From sequence record OR142618.1: a DNA stretch of 64,000 nucleotides; one strand, written 5' to 3'. The notes below the pieces were generated by a model. That model was not told the DNA's origin. It did not search any database and worked only from the letters and a program-made list of their open reading frames with translations. Made by a program: the position numbers and the translations under genes. Of this stretch, positions 1 to 10,721 are shown in pieces; within the stretch, counting starts at the first letter, position 1; every line of letters begins with the position of its first letter.

Positions 1-762
1 AAAAATGGGGTAATAGGATTATTTGTAGATGGTGTTAGACTAGCCCAGGTAAACGAGGCAAGGCCACTATGGAATAGTCAAATACCTATTAGAAACACAT
101 GGACTGCGCCAGCAGATGGTTATGCATTAGCAGAACGCTGGAATATAAGATGTATTTCTAAAGCAATGTATGATATAAACGGTTTCGTTCCACCGGTTCG
201 TTTACCTACATTTCCCAATTTATTAACAAATACAGGTAGTTATTCGCGCTCTGTATTGTCTGGCACAACTACTACAGCAGATGTTATGGGAAATATTATA
301 CAATTTAATTCCTCCGGACAAACATCCGGCGGCGGCTACCAAAAATATTTTATATATGGTTCTAAAAAAGTAGAAATAATAGGAAATACCATATCTTCAG
401 ATTCAACACAACAAATGAGATATGGTTTAACAAACACAACTCCTACCACATTTGCAGAGTCAGAATCTGATTTTAATTCCGGTACATTCCCATATGCGTA
501 TGCCGATAGAATTAACAGTGTCATTCAAATAGTTAAACAAGGTAGTGTTATAGGTAGTTTGCCTCATTCTACTGCCAACCACACCTTTAAAATAACGTAT
601 GATTTCGAAAATAATCAGTTTACTTATGCAGTTACTTCTGGCACTGCACAAGGACAATCTGTTACTACAAGTCTAGATTCTACAATAACACAGAATACTA
701 AGTTTGCAGTATGTGGGTCCAAATCTAATATACAAATAACTTCTGTAAAAATACAACAATAA
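1..762 (+). CDS. 5'-truncated virion/tail-associated protein, probable LamG/ConA-like domain
   Basis: Frame 1 is open from base 1 into the listed 166..762 ORF (KNGVIGLFVDGVRLAQ...WNIRCISKAMYDINGFVPP resembles a LamG C-terminal segment). The rest is Ser/Thr/Gly-rich and looks beta-rich. Confidence 0.5.
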   Translation, partial: KNGVIGLFVDGVRLAQVNEARPLWNSQIPIRNTWTAPADGYALAERWNIRCISKAMYDINGFVPPVRLPTFPNLLTNTGSYSRSVLSGTTTTADVMGNIIQFNSSGQTSGGGYQKYFIYGSKKVEIIGNTISSDSTQQMRYGLTNTTPTTFAESESDFNSGTFPYAYADRINSVIQIVKQGSVIGSLPHSTANHTFKITYDFENNQFTYAVTSGTAQGQSVTTSLDSTITQNTKFAVCGSKSNIQITSVKIQQ

Positions 763-787
763 GTCCTTTAAATTAGGAAAAATTTCA

Positions 788-816
788 TTGACTAACTCCG
801 TTTACACTAGTATAAT
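788..816 (+). promoter_or_regulatory. sigma70-like promoter
   Basis: TTGACT-N17-TATAAT. Confidence 0.8.
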
Positions 817-842
817 ATATGCAATGTTTAACGGAGTTAACA

Positions 843-1118
843 ATGACTGACATTAATCCAAATTCTCGCCACTACTCTGCTGAAGACGTCCGGCGAATTA
901 AACAGTTAGTTTCTGAAGGCATGCAAGTCATGCAAGAAATTGAAGATTTAAAAACTGGACTAGCAGAAACAGTTAAAGCAATTGCAGAAGAAGTAAATGT
1001 TAAGCCTTCCCAGCTTAATAAAGTTATTAAAATCGCACATAAACGTTCTTTAAACGAAGAACTAGATAAGATTAATGAAGTAGAAGAGATTCTAGACGCA
1101 ATTAAAGAAGGTCGTTAA
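843..1118 (+). CDS. small dsDNA-binding protein / transcriptional regulator (T4 DsbA-like)
   Basis: GGAG RBS before ATG 843; helical pattern EIEDLK..L...VKAIAEE..VKPSQLNKVIKIAHK. Confidence 0.55.
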   Translation: MTDINPNSRHYSAEDVRRIKQLVSEGMQVMQEIEDLKTGLAETVKAIAEEVNVKPSQLNKVIKIAHKRSLNEELDKINEVEEILDAIKEGR

Positions 1119-1130
1119 TATTTTCAAAAC

Positions 1131-1160
1131 AAGCCGTGCTTTTGCGCGGCTTTTTATTTT
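1131..1160 (+). terminator. intrinsic terminator
   Basis: aagccgtgc-tttt-gcgcggctt followed by a T-tract. Confidence 0.7.
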
Positions 1161-1171
1161 GTAGGACAACT

Positions 1172-3583
1172 ATGTACATCGATATTTTCGAAGATAAAAA
1201 AAATGAAATACTTCTAGTTGCAGAACGATCTGCAGGCAAACGAATATACAAACAATACCCTATAGATCATACGTATTACATATTAGATGCAAACGGACCG
1301 TATAAGGATATATTCGGTAATAATGCTAAAGCCATTAAGCCATCTAGCATAAATGAAAAAATGACTCAAATGAAAATGCTAGATTTTTCGCAAACGTGCG
1401 AAATAGACGTCAGGCCAGAATTTAGATGCCTGGAAGTAAACTATAAGAATGCACCTATGCCAGATTTGCATGTTGCATTCTTCGATATCGAGACCGCGTT
1501 TGATCAAAAACGCGGTTATGCCGACCCAGCTGATCCTTTTAATCCCATTATATCAATATCTGTATATTTGCAATGGATGCAGCAAATGGTTTGCTTAGCA
1601 TTAGCACCAGAGACTATATTGCCAGAAGATGCACAACGCATAGCATCAGAAGTAGGCGAAACAATTATATGTAAAAATGAAAAAGAAATGCTAAGTATGT
1701 TTATTGACTTAGTAGAAGATGCAGACATTTTATCAGGTTGGAACTCAGAACGTTTCGATATTCCTTATACTTTTAACAGAATTGTAAAATTATTAGGTAA
1801 GAATGAACTAAGAAAATTATGCCTTTGGAATCTTATGCCCAAGAAGCGCAATATTGAACAAGAAGGCGGCAGTAGTTTTGTTACATTCGAAACATTTGGT
1901 AGAATACATTTAGATTATCTCCAATTGTATAAAAAATATAATTACGAAGAACGTCATAGTTACTCGTTAGATTCTATTTCGGAAATCGAACTAGGTGAAC
2001 GAAAAGTTCCATACAACGGAACGTTAGACAAACTTTATAAATATGATTTTAAAAAGTTTTTAGAATATAACATTCAAGATACTCGACTCCTAGATAAGTT
2101 AGATAGAAAATTAAAATATATAGATCTAGCTTCCACTATTGCACATAGTAATTGCATTCCTATCCCTACTGTTATGGGTGCAGTAGCTACAACCGAACAA
2201 GCAATTATAATCGAAGCACATAATAACGGCATGGTAGTGCCATCTAGGCAACGTTTTAAAAACAATGATACACTTAAAGCTGCGGGCGGTTGGGTAGCAT
2301 ATCCTAAAGTAGGACTGCATAGAGATATTGGCTCCAGTGACTTAAATTCTCTGTATCCTTCTGTGTTAAGGGCACTAAACATGAGCCCAGAAACTATTAT
2401 CGGACAAGTTCGATTAACGCTTACTAACCCTGCAATCGAAGAATGGTGTGCAAAAGGCGGAACAAAACATACATTTGCTGCATGGTGGAACGATAGGTTT
2501 ACCACTTTAGAAATGGAATATGTGTTAAACAAAGACAGGGGTACTATATTAACGTTAGATATGGCAGACGGGCGCTCGTTTGAACTGTCAGGTGCCGAAA
2601 TATACGAATTAGTATTCAACAGTGGTCAGAATTGGCATATCAGTGCTAACGGAACTATATTCACACAAGACAGAGCAGGTGTAATTCCGTTACTACTTAC
2701 AAGATGGTATGCAGAACGTAAAGGGATGCAGAAAATTGCATCAGATTATAATTCTTTAGATAAAGAACACCATAGCGACAAAACTGTATTTTTAGAAGAT
2801 AAATCAGTATTAGATGGAATATGCGTAGGCGAAGTTGAATTAGCAGACCATTATAATATTAATGATGTATATGTTGCAGCTACATTAAAAAATCTTGTCG
2901 AATCAAAAAATTGGCAAGAAGTAGCAATATATATGAAAAAGTATGGTCTAGAAGTGTCGTCTGACAATTCAATTGTTATGTCAGATTCCCATATGCAAAA
3001 CGAATATTACGAATATTGGGATAAAGCCCAGTTAGTTCGTAAAATTGGATTGAACAGCTTATATGGCGGACTACTTAACGAACATTCTAGATTCTACGAT
3101 AAAAGACTAGGACAGAGTACTACACTAACAGGGCGCTGTATCACTAGACATATGGCTTCTAAAACAAACGAAATGTTCACTGGCATTTATGATCACGAAG
3201 GCGATTGTGTAATTTATGGCGATACAGATAGTGTAGATGGATCAACTATCCTAAATACTTCTCTAGGTAAAATAACTATAGAAGAATTGTTTAATGTGTC
3301 TGACAAGCATGTAGTCCATGCAGAAAAAGAATTTGCTTCGAATGAAGATGTTATGGTAATGTCGTGGGACAATTCTGCAAAACAACCATATATGGGGCAT
3401 ATAAACTATGTGTACCGCCACGAAGTAGAAAAAGAGTTATTCGAAATAGAAGACAACAACGGAAATAAAGTTATAGTAACCGAAGATCATTCTATTATGG
3501 TTATACGTAATGCAGAACTACTAGAGGTTAAACCAACAGATTTAACAGACAGTGATATAATATTATCTATTGTATATGAATAA
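1172..3583 (+). CDS. family B DNA polymerase, N-terminal fragment fused to split-intein N-half
   Basis: ExoI FFDIET, ExoII WNSERFD, ExoIII YNIQD, motif A DLNSLYPS, motif B KIGLNSLYG; motif C YGDTD is followed directly by the intein. Likely start is ATG 1172 after an AGGA RBS. Confidence 0.95.
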   Translation: MYIDIFEDKKNEILLVAERSAGKRIYKQYPIDHTYYILDANGPYKDIFGNNAKAIKPSSINEKMTQMKMLDFSQTCEIDVRPEFRCLEVNYKNAPMPDLHVAFFDIETAFDQKRGYADPADPFNPIISISVYLQWMQQMVCLALAPETILPEDAQRIASEVGETIICKNEKEMLSMFIDLVEDADILSGWNSERFDIPYTFNRIVKLLGKNELRKLCLWNLMPKKRNIEQEGGSSFVTFETFGRIHLDYLQLYKKYNYEERHSYSLDSISEIELGERKVPYNGTLDKLYKYDFKKFLEYNIQDTRLLDKLDRKLKYIDLASTIAHSNCIPIPTVMGAVATTEQAIIIEAHNNGMVVPSRQRFKNNDTLKAAGGWVAYPKVGLHRDIGSSDLNSLYPSVLRALNMSPETIIGQVRLTLTNPAIEEWCAKGGTKHTFAAWWNDRFTTLEMEYVLNKDRGTILTLDMADGRSFELSGAEIYELVFNSGQNWHISANGTIFTQDRAGVIPLLLTRWYAERKGMQKIASDYNSLDKEHHSDKTVFLEDKSVLDGICVGEVELADHYNINDVYVAATLKNLVESKNWQEVAIYMKKYGLEVSSDNSIVMSDSHMQNEYYEYWDKAQLVRKIGLNSLYGGLLNEHSRFYDKRLGQSTTLTGRCITRHMASKTNEMFTGIYDHEGDCVIYGDTDSVDGSTILNTSLGKITIEELFNVSDKHVVHAEKEFASNEDVMVMSWDNSAKQPYMGHINYVYRHEVEKELFEIEDNNGNKVIVTEDHSIMVIRNAELLEVKPTDLTDSDIILSIVYE
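3230..3580 (+). mobile_element. split intein N-half (IntN, ~117 aa)
   Basis: Begins SVDGSTIL (block A) right after YGDTD; block B VTEDHSIM; ends at a stop with no block F/G. Confidence 0.92.
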
Positions 3584-5258
3584 AGAATATTATCAGTCAT
3601 ACGCAAAAGAATTAAAAAAGAATAATAAGAAAGAATACAATCGTATTCTTTCTTTGTATGAGCCTGTATTCGATAAATGGGTTGCATTCAAGTATTATAT
3701 AGAAGGAATATCGCCGCCTGTATGTAAAGAATGTGGTAATAGAATAACTGTTTCGGCAAAACAAGCAGAATATCACACAGAATGCAAATATAATAAACAC
3801 AAGTATTCATTTGATAAATTTATAAAATGCATAGATGATGACCAATACATATATTGTGTGTGGAATGGATATATTCCGACATCTGACAATATAACATACA
3901 GATGCACTAAACACGGCATAATTGTTCAAAAACTTAGTTCTAGACTAAAAGGTCACAAATGCCAAAAATGTTCAGCTGAGCGTAAAGTAAGTCTAGATAA
4001 CTTTAATAACTGGAAAACGCAGTGTTCTAAAATACATAATAATTTTTATGATTATTCTGTATCTACTGATTTTACATTCTTAACAAAAGATGTATCTATT
4101 AAATGTCCAATACATGGAATATTTAAACAAAAAGCAAACGTCCATCAATCAGGTCACGGTTGTAAACAATGCTCGTTCGAAGCCATCGGTCATAGATTAT
4201 CATATGACACAGATTCTTTTATAGAAAGAAGTAACAATGTTCATAATAATTTTTATGACTATACCAAAACTATATACACTAACATTAGAGATAAAGTTAT
4301 TATAACATGTCCGATACACGGCGACTTTAATCAGATAGCATATTATCATACTGCCGGACACGGTTGTCAGAAATGCGATTTAGATAAAGTAGCAGAAACT
4401 ACCTATAGATCTAAGGCAGAAATAGAAATATTTGATTTAGTTAAATCTTATTGCTCAGATACAATTCATTCATACAATAAATTCGGGTTCGAATTAGACA
4501 TATATGTTCCTAGTAAAAATCTTGCAATAGAATATAATGGACTTTATTGGCATTCTTCTAAACATATAGAAACTGATCAAAAGTATAAAACATACCATCT
4601 TGATAAAACCACTACATGCGAACAAAATAATATCCAATTATTACACATTTTCGACAACGAATGGCATACTAAAAAAGATATATGGATCTCGGTGATAAAA
4701 AATAAACTAGGTTTATCTAATAAAATATATGCAAGAAAAACAGAAATTAAAGAAGTTAATTTCGATGATGCAAAGCAATTCGCCGAAACGAATCATTTGC
4801 AGGGTCATGCACAATTTCGGCATGCATACGGATTGTATTATTCGGATCAATTAGTTTCTTTATTAACAATTGCAAAGCCCAGGTTTAATAAAAATGCAAA
4901 CTGGGAAATAGTAAGATTTTGTAACCTAAATAACACAAGTGTAATAGGTGGGTTTTCTAAATTATTAAAGGTAGTTTCTTGTAATTTTACAGGCAAGATA
5001 GTATCATATGCAAATAGGCGCTGGTCCGCAGGAAACGTTTATGAAAAAAACGGATTTGCCAAAACTTCAATAATAGCTCCTGGATTTTATTATACTGACT
5101 TCAAAGATACATATAATAGATTATCTTTCTCTAAAGACAAGGCAAAAGTTAAATTAAAAAATTATAATAATTCAGTTAGCGTAGTAGAAAATATTTACGC
5201 AAACGGATATGGCAGGATTTGGGATTCAGGAAATATTGTTTATACAAAGGATTTATAA
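3576..5258 (+). mobile_element. free-standing homing endonuclease (Zn-ribbon repeats + Vsr/Hef-like nuclease + GNAT-like C-terminal domain)
   Basis: Repeated CPIHG.F.Q....H..GHGC..C modules; nuclease SKAEIEI...ELDIYVP..NLAIEYNGLYWH; C-terminal NHLQG...EIVRF...GGFSKLL...YANRRW...IWDSG. Lies between the intein halves. Confidence 0.85.
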
Positions 5259-5513
5259 ATGCATAATCTAACAAAACACCTTTTAGGTGTATTTTCTGCA
5301 AAAACAGAAGACGAAGAATATAACAGTGCAAAAAGAGCGTTAGAAGAATTAAACAAAAATATAAAAGAAAGAGATCCTAATAAATTTAATGTGTCTTTAG
5401 GAAAGGTATCTAAAGTAACTAATTTAGGAAAAAAGAAACAATATGTATACGATATAGGGATGAAAAATCCCGATAATCCGTATTTCTTTGGAAATAATAT
5501 ATTAGTTCACAAT
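5259..5513 (+). mobile_element. split intein C-half (IntC, 85 aa)
   Basis: Ends His-Asn (cac aat 5508-5513); +1 residue is Ser. Confidence 0.92.
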
Positions 5514-6398
5514 TCTTGCTATTTTACTGCATGGCCTGCAGTAAAAGACCTTGTAGAATCCGGCGAAATGGAATGGGATAAAGATACTGTCATTAAATTA
5601 TACGACAACGTTTCGTCGCAAGTAAGTGATACATTTCCAGAATTTTTAAAACAAACATTTAATGTTCCATATAAAAACTCAGAAGGTGTTATTAAGTCAG
5701 GTAGGGAAATTGTAGCTACTTCCGGTCTTTTTATTAAAAAGAAACGTTATGCTGCTATGATGTATGATAAAGAAGGTACTAGATACGACGACGAAAACAG
5801 CCCAGGAAAAGTAAAAGCAATGGGTTTGGACCTACGTCGGTCAGATACGCCTAAATTTGTCCAAACATTCCTTATGGAAATTCTAGTTATGGTGCTAACA
5901 CATAAAACAGAAGATGAAGTAATAGAATATATTAGAGAATTTAAAAAAGAATTTAATAAAATGAAACCGTGGGAAAAGGGAATGCCAAAAGGCGTCAACG
6001 GTATCAGTACATATGAAGATAAATTAGAAGAACACATGAATAAAAAGTTAGCAGGAAGAGAGTCTAGAATCACTGTCCCTGGTCACGTGTCTGCTGCGAT
6101 GAATTGGAATAAACTAAAGCTTATCAATAAAGACCTACATACTCCTAAAATCTCAGATGGTCAAAAATGTGTTGTTTGTTATTTAAAAGAAACAGCAGAC
6201 AATCATTTTACTAGTATAGCATATCCTGTAGATGAATTGCACTTACCAGAATGGTTTACGTCTTTGCCATTTGATGAAGATTTAATGAGAGAAAAAGTAG
6301 TAGATAACAAAGTTAAGAACCTTTTAGGTATTCTAAAATGGGATTTTAGTAAAACAGAAGAAGCTGCTGCACACTTCGATTCGCTGTTTGGTTGGTAA
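5259..6398 (+). CDS. split-intein C-half fused to family B DNA polymerase C-terminal fragment
   Basis: Block F VYDIGM and block G ILVHN|S, then SCYF restoring YGDTDSCYF; later KKRYA and KAMGLD..RSDTP polymerase motifs. Confidence 0.95.
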   Translation: MHNLTKHLLGVFSAKTEDEEYNSAKRALEELNKNIKERDPNKFNVSLGKVSKVTNLGKKKQYVYDIGMKNPDNPYFFGNNILVHNSCYFTAWPAVKDLVESGEMEWDKDTVIKLYDNVSSQVSDTFPEFLKQTFNVPYKNSEGVIKSGREIVATSGLFIKKKRYAAMMYDKEGTRYDDENSPGKVKAMGLDLRRSDTPKFVQTFLMEILVMVLTHKTEDEVIEYIREFKKEFNKMKPWEKGMPKGVNGISTYEDKLEEHMNKKLAGRESRITVPGHVSAAMNWNKLKLINKDLHTPKISDGQKCVVCYLKETADNHFTSIAYPVDELHLPEWFTSLPFDEDLMREKVVDNKVKNLLGILKWDFSKTEEAAAHFDSLFGW

Positions 6399-6420
6399 TC
6401 AAAAACTATACTTTGTACAC

Positions 6421-6449
6421 TTGCATTATGAAAATATTTAATGTATAAT
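6421..6449 (+). promoter_or_regulatory. sigma70-like promoter
   Basis: TTGCAT-N17-TATAAT. Confidence 0.7.
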
Positions 6450-6478
6450 TCACACACATCTTAGGAGAATAATAAGTA

Positions 6479-7225
6479 ATGATTGTAGACAATTTAAAGG
6501 ACGTAGTTCGTAACACTCACGGTTTGGGTTTTATAGATACTGTTAAAATTATTGGTTCTGTAAATGAAACTAAATTAGAAGCTATGTCAACCAATAAAAC
6601 TGTAGTTATGTACGGTTCTTTAAAAAAATCCATTCCGGGGTTAGACGATACTGTAGGTTTAAGTAGAATGTCTGTACTGAGCGGTATGTTAAATTTCCCA
6701 CCATATTCGGGAGATGATGCTGAAGTTTCTATTAAGAAACAAGAACGTAACGGTGAAGAAATTCCTGCAGAAATTGTATTTTCTTCTTCGACGGGTCATA
6801 AATCGTCGTACCGGTTTATGGCACGAGATACAGTAGACGAAGTGCTAAAAGTTCCGCCGTTTAGAGGAGTTGTGTGGGATATAGTTATTCAACCTACTAA
6901 ACAAGCGATGAAGGATCTTCAATATTTTAGTGCTGTATTGGGTTCTTATGAATCTAACTTTTTAGTTAAAGTAACAGACGGTGTTTTAGAATTCCACATA
7001 GGTACCGGTGCTACTAGCGACCGCACCGTTGTACCATTTGCAAAAGATGTAAAGAGCACATTACGCAATAACTGGTCCTGGCCATTACCAGAAGTGTTAG
7101 CAATTCTAAAAAACGCAGATAGTGGCAAATGTACTATGTCTATTTCTAGCCAGGGTGCATTAATGATTGAACTCGATACTGGGTTAATAGAAGTTCAATA
7201 TATTCTTCCTGCAAAAAGTGCATAA
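6479..7225 (+). CDS. probable sliding clamp / polymerase processivity factor (gp45/PCNA-like)
   Basis: 248 aa with a clamp-like alternating alpha/beta pattern, directly downstream of the polymerase; ends YILPA. Confidence 0.6.
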   Translation: MIVDNLKDVVRNTHGLGFIDTVKIIGSVNETKLEAMSTNKTVVMYGSLKKSIPGLDDTVGLSRMSVLSGMLNFPPYSGDDAEVSIKKQERNGEEIPAEIVFSSSTGHKSSYRFMARDTVDEVLKVPPFRGVVWDIVIQPTKQAMKDLQYFSAVLGSYESNFLVKVTDGVLEFHIGTGATSDRTVVPFAKDVKSTLRNNWSWPLPEVLAILKNADSGKCTMSISSQGALMIELDTGLIEVQYILPAKSA

Positions 7226-7228
7226 ATA

Positions 7229-7489
7229 ATGATCTTACCTGCTCGTAAATTAGTTAAATTGCAATACTATATTGTACAGGAATCTTACAATTCTATAGGT
7301 AGACCAATAACTACAGTTACTCTTGTATACAGAAAATATATATTTTTTACAAAGAAAGAAAAAATTATATTCGAGCGTATTAAGAAAACAGACAATTTGT
7401 ATTATAAACAAGAATCCGAAAAAGAGTTGTGTGAACAACTAAGTGTATGGGCAAAAAGAACATTAAAAATATATGATATAGGGCAATAA
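7229..7489 (+). CDS. hypothetical protein
   Basis: ORF coupled to the upstream stop and followed by a terminator. Confidence 0.55.
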   Translation: MILPARKLVKLQYYIVQESYNSIGRPITTVTLVYRKYIFFTKKEKIIFERIKKTDNLYYKQESEKELCEQLSVWAKRTLKIYDIGQ

Positions 7490-7504
7490 TTGCCCTATAT
7501 TTTT
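7476..7504 (+). terminator. intrinsic terminator
   Basis: atatagggca-ataat-tgccctatat + T-tract. Confidence 0.7.
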
Positions 7505-7561
7505 CATTTATAAATAAATTAACCTAAATACGTATGCACTAAAGAATAATTAAGGAATATA

Positions 7562-9184
7562 ATGAAAAATTTATCAAACAGTCAAAAAGATTATGCGATC
7601 TATTTGCCTGCAATTAGTGGGTTTTACACAAAACAATTAGACAGTTCCATTAACGATCCGTCTACAAGAAAAATACCTAGCTTTCCTAATGGATATAATA
7701 CTCTTAATTTTTTAGATCCATCTAGCGATACTTTCTTTTACGGGTATGGGTTATATTCTGCAGGCCATGCAGAACTGTCTTTATCTAGAACTGATGCAAA
7801 AGAATGGATGATCCAAGCCAGGGACAAAACACAAACAACAGTTATTGCAGATTCGGGTGGTTTCCAGGTAGCTACTGGTGTAATTAAATTAAACTGGGAT
7901 GATTTTAAAGGAGCTAGCGGAGATAAAATAAGAAATGAAATTTTAAAATGGTGTGAACATACCGCCGACTGGTCAATGACACTAGATGTTCCTGCGTTTG
8001 CTGCTACTCCTCCGTACAGTTCAAAAACCGGTCTTAATAAATTTGAAGATACATTAGATTATTCTCTTCATAATTTACATTATTACATGAAGAACAGAAC
8101 TCCCGGCGCAACTAAATTCCTTAGTGTATTATCAGGATCAGATGTAGATACATCTAAAATTTGGTACGACAACGTAAAAGCATTTAGTGACCCCGCTAAA
8201 GTAGTAGAAATGGGATATCCAGCTAGTCATACACTTGAAGGGTATGCATTTGCTGGTATAAACATGAGAAATATGTATTGTGCTCTTTCTCGATTCTTAG
8301 ATCTAATAGATGATAATATTATTTCAGATAAAAACTGGATACACTTTCTTGGATTAGGCAGGACTGATTGGGCTTGTTTCTTAACATCTATTCAGCGAAA
8401 TATAAGAAAACATTATAATCCCAATATTAACATAAGTTTTGACGCGGCTTCTCCGTTTGTTTCTGTGGCATACGGTCTTGCATATAACTATAATTATTTT
8501 AATCCCAAACGGTGGGGATATAATATGGATTCTGCCCCAGACAGCAGAGAGTTTAGTGATAAGGATATTCCTATGCCGTTTATGAGTCCTATTATGGAAA
8601 AATTATCATTAAAAGACATATGTCCATATCACAATGGTTATGGTATAATAAATGGCGTTAAAAATGCAAACTTTACAAAAGAAGATGTAGAAACTGCTCT
8701 TAAAGAAGGAAAAGATGCAGAATACGTGCCGCCTAGCGCAAATAAAAATGGTAAAGTAGGTAAAACCAGTTGGGATTCACTTAGTTACTTATTAATAATG
8801 AATCACAATGTTTACAACCATATAGCTGCAATCCAAGAATCTAATAGATTAGTCGATATAGAACGGTTGCGAGTTAAAGTAGATTACCGAGATTGGACTA
8901 GAGATAAAAAGAAAGGTACTATAGAAGTAAGTAATCACGTCCCTAGTTCGATTTTATATTTTGACCATTTCGTAGAAGTATTGCTAGATCCGAGTACTCC
9001 TAATAAGCGACAATTACTAGAAGATTATAGACCTATGCTAGACAGCATTAGTTTCGGTAATTATAACTCAAACTCATTTAACAGTCTTTTTGATGTAGAT
9101 GCTACTGCAATTGAAGATGAAAATAAGTTTGCAGACATAAACGACGAAAAACTAACTGAATTAGAACAAGGATTAGACAATTAA
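7562..9184 (+). CDS. tRNA-guanine transglycosylase-fold protein, probable DNA 7-deazaguanine insertase (DpdA-like)
   Basis: TGT signature ADSGGFQ, MTLDVP, HFLG, SFDAASP; clustered with QueE and QueD-like genes. Confidence 0.75.
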   Translation: MKNLSNSQKDYAIYLPAISGFYTKQLDSSINDPSTRKIPSFPNGYNTLNFLDPSSDTFFYGYGLYSAGHAELSLSRTDAKEWMIQARDKTQTTVIADSGGFQVATGVIKLNWDDFKGASGDKIRNEILKWCEHTADWSMTLDVPAFAATPPYSSKTGLNKFEDTLDYSLHNLHYYMKNRTPGATKFLSVLSGSDVDTSKIWYDNVKAFSDPAKVVEMGYPASHTLEGYAFAGINMRNMYCALSRFLDLIDDNIISDKNWIHFLGLGRTDWACFLTSIQRNIRKHYNPNINISFDAASPFVSVAYGLAYNYNYFNPKRWGYNMDSAPDSREFSDKDIPMPFMSPIMEKLSLKDICPYHNGYGIINGVKNANFTKEDVETALKEGKDAEYVPPSANKNGKVGKTSWDSLSYLLIMNHNVYNHIAAIQESNRLVDIERLRVKVDYRDWTRDKKKGTIEVSNHVPSSILYFDHFVEVLLDPSTPNKRQLLEDYRPMLDSISFGNYNSNSFNSLFDVDATAIEDENKFADINDEKLTELEQGLDN

Positions 9185-10245
9185 TGAAAGTTATAATAAT
9201 CCCAATCGAATCAATAGAAACTCGGTATACGTCAGAATGGAATACGTTTCTTAAACCGCAACTAGAAAAGTATATAAACGAATCCGGTCTCGATGCAGAA
9301 ATAGTTCAAATCGATGTAGATTATGTTGACGAAGGCACCTCTGCGGGCGCCTTCCTTAACTTTGCAAATACAAACATATTCAAAAGCAATCAATTCATTA
9401 AGTTAGCAAGTATAATAGAAACTTTAAACGATAACGATGTTGTTCTCTATACAGACGCATGGAATCCCACAGTAGTTCAACTAAATTACATGCGATCGTT
9501 AATGAATAAAAAATTTAAAATAATGGGGTTGTGGCACGCCGGTTCGTATGATCCGCATGATTTTTTAGGAAGGCACTTTGATAAAAATTGGTCATATGAA
9601 TTTGAAAGATCATTATATAATATATATGATGTAAATTTCTATGCAACTAATTTTAGTAAAGATCTCATGATAGATAACCTTTTTGGTAAAACAGCTAACG
9701 TAAACAGACACGATATAGTAGGTTGGCCAATGGAATATTTAGTTGACCAACTTACGCCTTCTCCTAACAAGACAGATACTATATTATTTCCTCATCGAAT
9801 TTCTCCTGAAAAACAACCAAATATATTCAAAAAATTAAGATCATTACTTCCTAACTACGAGTTTGTTTTTGCACAAGAAACTAAATTATCAAAGGCAGAA
9901 TATCATACACTTCTTAAACGTTCTAAAATTGTCTTTTCGGCTTCGTTGCAGGAAACATTGGGTATAGGTTTCTACGAAGGTGCATTAGTCGGTGCAATTC
10001 CGTTATTGCCTGACCGATTGTCTTATAAAGAAATGACAGAAAATGTAAAAAACAGAAATTTATATGTATATCCAAATGAATGGACTATTTCAGAAAATCT
10101 GGCAGACCTAAAAAATTTAGTTACCCTAATAGATTATACTATGCGTAATTATAATTTTATAGTAGAAGAAATGAAACTTAATTTACTGCCCGAATTAAAC
10201 AAATATTATAACGGAACAGAGTTGTATAAAAGAATTTTAAAATAA
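9184..10245 (+). CDS. glycosyltransferase (GT-B fold)
   Basis: FPHRISPEKQP, SASLQETLGIGFYEGALVGAIPLLPDRLSY donor-binding motif; start overlaps the TGT-like stop. Confidence 0.8.
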   Translation: MKVIIIPIESIETRYTSEWNTFLKPQLEKYINESGLDAEIVQIDVDYVDEGTSAGAFLNFANTNIFKSNQFIKLASIIETLNDNDVVLYTDAWNPTVVQLNYMRSLMNKKFKIMGLWHAGSYDPHDFLGRHFDKNWSYEFERSLYNIYDVNFYATNFSKDLMIDNLFGKTANVNRHDIVGWPMEYLVDQLTPSPNKTDTILFPHRISPEKQPNIFKKLRSLLPNYEFVFAQETKLSKAEYHTLLKRSKIVFSASLQETLGIGFYEGALVGAIPLLPDRLSYKEMTENVKNRNLYVYPNEWTISENLADLKNLVTLIDYTMRNYNFIVEEMKLNLLPELNKYYNGTELYKRILK

Positions 10246-10329
10246 TTTCCATTTAATATTCTGCATGCAATTTACATTTTAATACGAAAACATTATAATA
10301 TTACAAAATTAAAAATAAGGATTATTTTT

Positions 10330-10707
10330 ATGGGAATTAAACGATGGATCGAAGTTCCTTTTCAAAAAGAAGGAATTCACATGTACCCGGGTGCAGATAA
10401 TAACCCTGCACTAGCTACAAATGATTGGAAAGATGTATCTTTTTTAGGATATCCTCATTTTCATTATTTTTATTTTACTGTTAAAATTGAAGTTTTTCAT
10501 AATGAACGAGATATCGAATTTATTCAATTTAGACGGTTCTTAGAAAGACTATATAGTGAATCTCTGCTAAAACTAGATGGTAAATCTTGTGAAACAATGG
10601 CAGAAGAATTATATGAACAAATTAACATTGTATATCCTAACAGGGACGTTGTGATTACAGTGGCAGAAGACAATATTAATAAAGCTGTTTTAGAATTTTT
10701 CAAATAA
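10330..10707 (+). CDS. QueD-like T-fold protein (DpdL-like variant)
   Basis: EGIH.YP, LGYPHFHYF (LxxxHxHxF instead of QueD CxxxHGH), DIEFIQF, SCETMAE, VAED. Confidence 0.7.
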   Translation: MGIKRWIEVPFQKEGIHMYPGADNNPALATNDWKDVSFLGYPHFHYFYFTVKIEVFHNERDIEFIQFRRFLERLYSESLLKLDGKSCETMAEELYEQINIVYPNRDVVITVAEDNINKAVLEFFK

Positions 10708-10721
10708 GCAAGGATGCTATT

